A stretch of 63,344 nt of DNA, counting the filler, from Conidiobolus incongruus B7586 (lineage: Eukaryota): assembly GCA_000697335.1 (NCBI GenBank). It is 7 parts of 7 records of this genome, joined end to end, with 100 filler letters (N's around TTAATTAATTAA, not from the genome) between each part and the next. Parts side by side here need not be neighbours in the genome. Positions count along the whole stretch, not along the records: positions 54,150 to 61,866 come from JNEM01006185.1; positions 61,967 to 63,344 come from JNEM01006192.1; 5 more parts are not named here. One strand, written 5' to 3'. Positions 54,150 to 63,344 of the stretch are shown here, one piece after another (within the stretch, counting starts at the first letter, position 1; every line of letters starts with the position of its first letter). The notes beneath the pieces are model-generated. The model saw only the letters and a program-made list of their open reading frames with translations, had not been told where the DNA came from and ran no database searches. Made by a program: the position numbers and the translations under genes.

Positions 54150-57100
54150 ACTGATCATCCTTGTCGAATTTCTCCCAAATGGTTCTTGGAATCTTGATAT
54201 GTGAGAGTTTCTCCCATTGAATTTGCTTCATCTTGACTCCTGCTACCTTCTTAAGATTCTTGCGTTGGGCTAAATGGAAAAAATAAATTAATATTTAATT
54301 AAATTCCATGTAGATATATACTTACGAACTCCTGGGACGCCCGGTGGTGCGGGTGCTCTAGGACCGCCTGGAGGGGGAGGTGGTGGTGGTCCACCCATAC
54401 CAGGTGGAGGAGGGGGAGGAGGAGGACCACTCATACCAGGAGGCGGTGGTGGTGGTGGTGCGCCAACACCAGGTGGAGGAGGGGGAGGAGGACCACCTAT
54501 ACCAGGAGGTGGTGGTGGTGGTGCGCCAACACCAGGTGGAGGAGGGGGACCGCCAGCGCCAGGAGGAGGAGGAGTTCCTGTTCCTGGAACACCAGGGGGA
54601 GGAGGGACAGGACCACCAGAGGTAGGGGGAGGAGGAGGAGCACCAGCTGAGGAATCATCAGGCTTAGCAACATCAGGCTTAGCGATATCAGCTTTTGGTT
54701 TACTGTCTTGCTTGGAACCTGGTAAAACAATGTTTTCTTCGCCTCCAATGGATTCTATAATTTCAGCGATAGATTTACCGGACTTGACATCCTGTAATTT
54801 TTGAAGTGACTGTTTGGTTGGATCAGGGTTTTCTAAATAATAAAATTAATACAAAATCATAATATTGTAATGATCAGCATACGAATATAAGTCTTGAGAA
54901 TATCAGAAAGAGGCATAGAAGATTGTGTAGATAATTTTTCAATTTCTTCAAATGAAATTTCACTTAATTTGTCGATATTCATCAAGCCGCTATTCTTCAA
55001 GTCATTCATATTAGAAATCCTCATCTTGTTCTAATTGAATTGTATGAATAATCGTATAATTGATGTTGATTGATGAAATATTTACCTCCATTTGAAGCTT
55101 TTGTCTATCAGCCTTGACTTGAGTCATTAATTTGTCGAGTAACTCGGTATCAACTTGAACTGTACCATCCTTCAACGTTTGGAGAGCTTTACCACTCTTG
55201 ATTAATGAAAGTTCAATCATTAATTGTTCATTTTTGAGTTTCATATCGTTGTGGTCATCGATCTCTCTTTGAAGAATGGAAAATACCTGTTTTAGTTGAT
55301 TCTGTTGCCTAGTAACTTTCCCATCAAGTTGTGTATACATATCCTTATATTGAGTCTGCATCGCTTCAATGGTTTGGCGAGACATCTTGAGGAAGTTTTC
55401 CAAGGACTGATTTTTGGATTTGAGCGCAACGACCATATCATCTATTGAATTGAATATTAGGATATTTATAAAAAAAATAAATTTTAATATAAATACCTTG
55501 ATTAATTGAAAGCTCCAATTCCAATTCATTTTTCCTACTCAGAACTTTGTTGAGTTGATCTTTAGTTTCCTTCAAATCTTTGAGTGCTTGTTCGAGTTGT
55601 TCTTCTTTCTCAAATTTTGCAATAATGTTGCTGACAGATCCAATTGATTTACCACTTTCAGAATCGAGATAGTGTTGATCCAAAACAACGTTTGTGACAA
55701 GTGAGTCAATAACTTGATAATAACGTGTTCTAAAATTAATTATTAATTTCTAATATTCAACTACATTGAAAATCCAAATTACTTCAAATCATTATCATAT
55801 CTGATGAGTAACATATGTTGTAAAGTTGACAAGAAATAGTCAAAAGCTCTAGTGCCTTCAACAGATCTCAACAATGCCTCAAAGACATCATGGGGATCAT
55901 TCATATTTTGTAAAACATGATTATTATAAGATTCGATGAGTTCTGCCATATCGGCTTCAGCAACTCTTTCGAATTTTCGAATTTGTAAATTAATTAAATC
56001 ATTGTCAAATTCTTCTAAAAGCTATAAATATCAAATATTAAAGAGTTAGATATATCTTCCTAATGACCAATATAATTTTAAAGTGATTAAATTACTTTTA
56101 AAATTTTACTCAACCCACATAGATTTAGTTGATTTCTTAAATGGATACGGAATTCTAATTCGTCAGGAATTTCAATAAGGGCATTCACCAACATAATATT
56201 GGATAACTATATTTCAAAATTATAATTAGACAAGAATAATCAAAGTTATATTGCATATATTTACGGCATAGTCAAGTAACTCCTTATCAGTATGACTCTT
56301 TCGATCATCATGAACGGGGACATTCCTCGAGCTAGTTGTAGAAGCACTTGAAATGGAGCTTCTAATTCTAGCTCGACCTAAGATAGTAGCTTCGAAGACT
56401 TGCATCCAGCCTTCGAATCTCATGGACTGTTGACGATACTTTTGGAGTTTGTCCATACCCTCAATGACGAAGGTATGACCTAAAGAATCTTCAGAACAAC
56501 ACAAATAAATCAACGCGTCAGCGACTAATTTCCTCGTTGTGATGTATTTGGAATCTATTGAGTATGTCAAAGTATAAATGCATTTAGGATTTTCTAACGC
56601 TTCTCGAGAACCAATCTATTATATTAAAAAGGTTGAATAAAAGCGTATAATAAAACTGTTTCGTAATTACCCTTGTATTAAGCAGAGCTTTCAAACATTT
56701 TACAATTTCATGTTCTAAAGTATTATCACCTTCTCGACTAATAAAATAATTTAAATATATGAAAAAAAATAAATAATATTTGAAGGGTAAATTAAGAATA
56801 CTTACCGACTTACTTGACGATTTAAAATGGATAAAGCATCAGCTAACATTCGCATACCGTTGAGGTATATGAACTTTTTCACCCAGCTAAATTGAAATTA
56901 GTTAGAATTATCAATAATTAAAATCTATCCAAATGTACCTAATTGGCTGGGTAGTTAAGGAGACCCTAAGGTATGTAAATTGCTTGAATGGCATCAAATT
57001 ACCATCATACTCCTTCATTTTATGAATAAAATATTCGGGTGTAGTTTTGTCAGGTCTACCATCCAATCTATTTTTTGACTAAATAATATTGTTAAAAATT

Positions 57101-57609
57101 GAAATTCATAATTAAAATCTAATTACTTCTATTATTTCCCTGTCTCTCTGACTTCTAATAATCATCCATTTACGTTCGGGTGGTAAAGCTCGCATTTCTC
57201 TCCTTTTTGATTCTTTAAGGTCCATACTATCCTATAAATTACGTTCTTTTAATTTTAATACTATTATCAGCAAATTTTAAATTAATACCATTAGATTTTC
57301 AAATAATTCTTCCAAAACACTATCTGTAGGACCATGCTCAGAATAGGTGGACTCTCTAGCTGTATTATCGCTATAAGCGGTATTTGTGGAAGTGGTGGAA
57401 CATATGGAAGGAGTACGATCTACTCGAGGTTCATTTCTTAAATTTGGAGTATATGAAGATGCACTAGAAGTTCTTAAAGGTAAACTATTATAAGTTAAAG
57501 GCTCCGATATTGTGTTAATATTGTGATAAGCTTCCGAACTAGAATTCGTTTGTATCGGAAACGAGATTTTAGTAGCTGGTTCTTTCTTCTTTTTACTCTT
57601 ACTAAACAT
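54150..57609 (-). CDS. Diaphanous-type formin (SepA/Bni1-like), partial; exons 57609-57289, 57231-57127, 57078-56939, 56886-56806, 56737-56671, 56615-56265, 56206-56096, 56021-55783, 55729-55497, 55441-55086, 55030-54883, 54832-54326, 54269-54150
   Basis: Twelve short GT-AG introns join in frame. GBD/FH3 motifs (LPPERKW, LRVSLTTQPISWV, CLKALLN, FRIHLRNQL), coiled coil, poly-Pro FH1 and start of FH2 (KMKQIQWEKL...TIW); the rest is lost in the gap. Confidence 0.92.
54335..54645 (-). repeat. Tandem poly-proline repeats encoding formin FH1
   Basis: Repeated PPPPPPPG(I/M/V)G(G/A) units; near-duplicated ~63-nt blocks. Confidence 0.85.
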
Positions 57610-59348
57610 TATTATTCAAAATAAAATAATAATTGTTTGGTATTAAAAAAATGGATTAAAATATTATATATATGTGTGTGTATATTAATTAATTATTATT
57701 TGCTTTTTCTTATTAAATAAATTATTTAAATGATTGATATAATTAAAAAATATAAAGATTTAAAATGAGTAATCAAGAATTAAATTTCAAAAAATAAAAT
57801 AAAATTAATGGGGAAATTAAAACGGTATTGAATTACTCGGAAAAATTTCTGGTAATTTAATGCTGTTTCAATATGATCTGGTTTTCATAATTTTTTCTTT
57901 GTCAATACCTTAATATTTGTTAGTTATTGTTTTCAATTAGTTGAATTGATTATTTATTAATATTAAATATTAAATATATTATGAAATACAATAGTTTTAT
58001 TTTATTTGTTCGGTATATGTTAAATTATTCTCATATATCAAATTTTAAAATCTAAAACCTATATATTGCAGTTGTGAAATTGAATATAAAATAATATTCA
58101 TTTGATCTTTTATGAGTTCTTCCATTATAAGGAGTAAAATATCATTATCATTTATTTTATTTTTATATCTCATTATCCTGATAATTATATCTAAATTCAT
58201 ATTAATCAAATTCCATAGAATATATCATTATATTAATGAAACAGATTTAATGTATTAATTATCCTTGTTCTTTGAGATACCTTTATTAATATTTTTATTG
58301 TCCTATCATTAAATAACAAATAATGATATAAGTTCCTTTTGATATATCTTTCACGAAATCAATTATATTACTTGATATATAATTTATCAATAGGCACTAT
58401 TTAATATCAATATGAGAAAAATAATTAATTGACCGATATTTTACATTAAAAAAATCTAGATTTTCAATTTAACTTATGTTGATTAAATGATTAATTGCTG
58501 TATGTTAAGTATTTTTACATATATAGTTGAAATATGGGCTTTGGAGAATTATTTTGAATCTATGAAATTGAAAAAGCTATTATTATATCTTAAATATTAC
58601 AAAAACTATTTTTAATCATATTTCTTGAATAATCCAATCCATCAATCAATTTTAACTGGACATGTTCTAATAATTGTTCAGTATCGTATAAATAAATTAT
58701 TAAGGCAAAACAATGATATTGAATAGTTATTTATGATTATAAAAAATTCATAATATAACAGAATTTGGAGGTCATAACCAACTGATAATCTGTATGATTT
58801 AACCATGATAATATTGAAATTATTGTGATTATATTTAAATGGTTTTGCCATATGTGGCGGTATCGCAATAGGTGCCAATTTTCGAATTTGAAAAAAAGAC
58901 TTGGAAGATTTTGAAAATCAGTGTGTAAAAATCACCTTTATAACTATTTGTGCTCAAACGATTAAATTTACTCAATTAATTTTCACAAGTTTCATTTATT
59001 TTATTGATATATATAGATTTGAAAGAAATTAAATTGCATATTAATTTAAATATATATTTTCAATACAAAATAAGATATTCAATTAAATATTTATTTTTAT
59101 TAAAGGATTATTATAATCATAATATTGTCATGAAAAGATATAGATATTTTTAAAAGATAGAAGAATGCTTATTAGTTATCCTATGATAAAAACTATCAAT
59201 TAATTAATTAATGAACATAAAAATAATATGGTAATAGAGCTATGATATGATAATATTGAGAATTGATAATTTATTTAAAAATCTGTTACCTCGGAAGAAA
59301 GTAGACAAAAGTTAATAGCAATTCAGTCAATTAACTGATAATATCAAA

Positions 59349-59639
59349 TCAATACCTCTAAATAACTTCTCCTCTAGGCCCCCTAGCCATATTAAGAAGT
59401 TTTTCATTATATAATAACAATAATAATAATATTAAAGGTATAAAATTAATTTGCTACAATTCAGCAAGAACTTGTGCTTTATCAGCATCAATCTTCTAAA
59501 CTTCAACGTGAAGATGTTTTTCCGAGAATTGTTCAATAAAAGGGGTGATAGCCTGGCAAGAGCCACACCATTCGGCATAGGGGTGGCAGGAGACTGGCGA
59601 ATCAAGGAACTCTTTGTATATAGTTATTTTTGTTATTAT
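59349..59639 (-). pseudogene. Thioredoxin pseudogene
   Basis: One frame reads YAEWCGSCQAITPFIEQFSEKHLHVEV*KIDADKAQVLAEL*QINFIP...; WCGSC at 59570-59556; three internal TAG; probable start ATG>ATA at 59639. Confidence 0.8.
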
Positions 59640-61966
59640 TGTGATTATGAATAGTTTTTGAATGATGTTGAGTTGATGAGTTCTAAATATTTATATTCAT
59701 TTTTACCCAGTTTTGAAACATAAATTTAGTTTTTATGATATTTTCTGAATATTTTATCAATACCCAATTGTATTATTTAACATAAATACTGAATTCTTGC
59801 AAATTTTATTCAAAATATTGTAATTTATGATGGATTTATTCAAATGTTGAACTAAATTATATCATAAATTCAACAACTATTTTTGGATTATTGATTGCTA
59901 TCAATTTTGACTATATTTCATCATATTTTGGGATGATTTTGAAAATATTTAAATCTGAACCAAATAACAACCATTATATATAAAGAACTATCAGGATCTT
60001 AACTCAGCAAAGAGATCTTGGCACTCATTTGAAAAAATCATTAATTCCGTATATGATTAATTAAAAATGATTATTTATTAGTGGATGAAGTCTTGTTATC
60101 GTAAGGGCAGATTAAATTTTAAATCGTTATATCTCATAATGCGATCAATAATTTTCAAAAGAATATCAGCTTATATAGTTAGATTGTTACTTTGAAATAT
60201 ATACTTAAAGGGAATAAATTACAAATAAGTATGAATCTCGGATTGATAGGAGTCTGTGACGGTAATAAACTGCGATATTATTCTAATTTGTAAGCATTTT
60301 ATTATAGGACTTTCACCACGCAATATTTGATCCATTAGATCACTTTGTTAAACAAACACTCATCCTCAATTATAGAAAAACAATTTGAAAGGAACTTTGA
60401 TTATTGATAACTTCGTATAATAATGAAATGTTCAAGAAGGGTGATTATTTTTGGTAGAAAGTTGATATAGCCTTTTAATAGCTTATGAATGATATTTATT
60501 AATATAATTTTGATTATTCAGTGATTGTCGACTATCAGTCATGCTGATAATTTCGATTCAATTGAAGAGATTAGTTCATTATGGATTATTAGAATTTGAT
60601 TAATTTTCATTGATCTAAAGAAGTAAGCTTTTAAGTTATTTATTAATGAAAATTAGTATGTGTGAACAAAAATTAAGAAAAAAACATTCAATTAATTTAA
60701 TAAGATTTAAAAGTTGCAACTTCAAATCACAATTCTTCAAAGGTGAAATTTTACTTTGTCATGATTAAATTAGATATTGATGAATTCTGATATATTAATT
60801 TAACCTTTGTCAGTCAAAAATACACATGATTAATAATACAAAATAAATTTATATTATATAGAATATATTATTAAAAATCAAGTTTTATTGTCTATAATAT
60901 TGGAGCATAAAATCATTAATAGTAACTAGATTGATTGATAATTATGTCTCTAACCTTGTATCACTAATATCTAAAAAATAATGCATAAGCAAAAATTTTT
61001 ATTATAAAATTTAATAAATAATAAACATGCCAAGTATTAAATCTTATACCTAATAAAATATCAATTTAGCTTATTTTAAACATTGTTATATTATCCTTTG
61101 GTAATCAGATTGATTGAATTATAGTGACTAGCTATGGATTTATTAATTATATTTAAGTTAATTGCCTTTAATAGTTAGAAATAATTAGAAAATAGTGTTA
61201 AAACACGAAAATATTATAGTTTTATAATTTAAATATTACCTTAGAATTGAAAAATGGGAAATTTTTTAATTTATAATGTTTTAAATATATTATAAGCTTT
61301 AGAACATTTATATTCAAAATAAATAGGATAATATATATATATAAAATGTTTTTTCATTAAACAATTAACTATTATAATGTTATAATTGAATTAATCATAT
61401 CAAAATTAAATAGTGATTATCAAAAGTTCTTTATTTTTGTATTTATAAAATTTTAATAATTATTTAAAAAATAAAAATAAGTTTCAAAAATAATATATTT
61501 TAAATCAACTATTAATTATTAGGCAAATTATTTTAAAACTAAAAAGTAACTTATAACATGTTCAAATTTATAAAATAATTTTAATTATTATTATTCTTAA
61601 TTATCAATAAAGCGATAAAATATATTCAAAATATATCTTTATAGTTTTTTAAAAAGTTATCAAAATAATTTAATATTATTTATATAAGTATTTTATACAA
61701 ATATATTATTATTATTATTTTATAAACTTAAATTAATTAGTAACAATATAAAATTAATATCTTATAATTAATTAAGGTTTCAAAAAGGCTGGTATAGTCA
61801 AAATCAAATAATATTTATCAAAATATAATTAAAAACCAAAGTTATTATTATTGTTTATTATAATAANNNNNNNNNNNNNNNNNNNNNNNNNNNNNNNNNN
61901 NNNNNNNNNNTTAATTAATTAANNNNNNNNNNNNNNNNNNNNNNNNNNNNNNNNNNNNNNNNNNNN

Positions 61967-63284
61967 CCATGTCTTTTTTCTCTATTTGCTATTATTTTAT
62001 ATAATAATTTATAGATATATTAAATTTTTTTATTAGTATCATTATACTTAAATCCCTTTCTAAAAAATTCACTTATATATTAATTAATTTTATAAAAAAG
62101 ATAAGTCAACTTATAATATTATTAGAATTACTAGTGTTAGCTAGTTTACTATAGTTAAAGCTATTAAGAATAATAATAAAAATACATTTAAACTTAAATT
62201 TAAGTATGTTAAAATCATAGATAAATATGATAAGAAGTATATCTATAGGTTAGTTAGTATAGATAAATATAGTATTATTATAAAAATATAGCAAGAACTA
62301 TAAAACTATGTCAAAATATTAGTTAGCACTAATATTATTATATATGCTTTATATTAGTATAGTTACCATTTATACTTTAAGAACAAACACCCTTAATTAA
62401 AGAAATCCCATTATAAAGTTAGGTAAGAATTTAAATATCATTATTAATATTAAATTAAAACTAAATGAAATAAAGGTATTTAATCTAATAAAACAAAAAT
62501 TTATTTTAGTGGTTTTAATAAAAAAGTTAAATATTTTACAAAAAATATAAAACTACTTTATAACCATCTTATTAATTTTATCTAAAAGTATAATAATAGA
62601 TTAATTATTGTTTTAAGATATATATTGTCTTTAAGTGTAAAATATCTTTATAAAGTTAATAATGGAATTAATATTAAGATATATTAAAATATTCTAAATA
62701 ATGAATTAAAAAAATTAAATGATATAAGTTAAATAAATTTAATATTATTTTTTAACAAGATAATATTTCTTGTTATATTATAACTTTTATTATTAAATAA
62801 CTTAAAAATTACAAGATAATAGTTATAAAATAGTTTTTTAAATCTCCTAATTTTAATCTAATTAAACACCTTTAGGATTAGTTAAAAAAAGCTATTAAAG
62901 CTTTCCCCCCAATAAAAGTTTTAAATCAACTTTAAGAATATATTTAAGAAGCATAGAAGAAAATTAACCCTTTTTAGTGTAAGAAGTTAGTTGATTCTAT
63001 ACCCTATAAACTTAAAGAAGTTAAAAAAGCTAAAGGTAGATACACTAGGTTTTAATTTTTTTTATCACTAAAAACCTACAAATCTATAACTCACCTTAGG
63101 TAAAATTTAAGTATTTATATTTTAACTAATTAATAGCTAAATATCATTATATAATGATATATATTATTAATAAATATAATAGATTTTAATTATTTAATTT
63201 AAGTTTATTTTATTAAATATTAATTAAGTTATTAGTAAAAATATAAGTGTTTTTGATTTTATGACTCACTTTTATAGGTTAGTG
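61967..63284 (+). mobile_element. Tc1 transposon copy 4, left end lost in gap
   Basis: Colinear with copy 3; ends ACTCACTTTTATAGGTTAGTG|TA. Confidence 0.92.
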
Positions 63285-63344
63285 TAATTAAATAATTAAT
63301 AAAATAATAAAAAAATAAATTAAAATAGATATTATTATTTTAGA

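Noticed and set aside
1..63344. tRNA, rRNA or CRISPR arrays
   Set aside because: None recognisable by eye; a covariance-model scan would be needed to exclude small RNAs.

Overview
Very AT-rich eukaryotic scaffold with short GT-AG introns and six 100-nt gaps carrying a TTAATTAATTAA linker. Gene content and style suggest an early-diverging fungus (Conidiobolus-like; inference only). Intact genes: two tandem secreted histidine acid phosphatases (one 52-nt intron each), a small RVxF-motif protein, a short Zn(II)2Cys6 factor, two divergently oriented secreted GH3 beta-glucosidases and a multi-exon formin cut by a gap. The spacers hold four large copies and one end of a ~1.57-kb Tc1 (DD34E) transposon, four solo-LTR-like units (one nested, 5-bp TSD) and several pseudogenes (two paralogous secreted proteins, a thioredoxin). 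Main signal: the Tc1 copies are riddled almost only with C>T/G>A transitions, many CpA>TpA, while short LTRs and the gene-converted GH3 pair are spared. This looks like a RIP-like genome-defence process in a lineage where RIP is not classically established.
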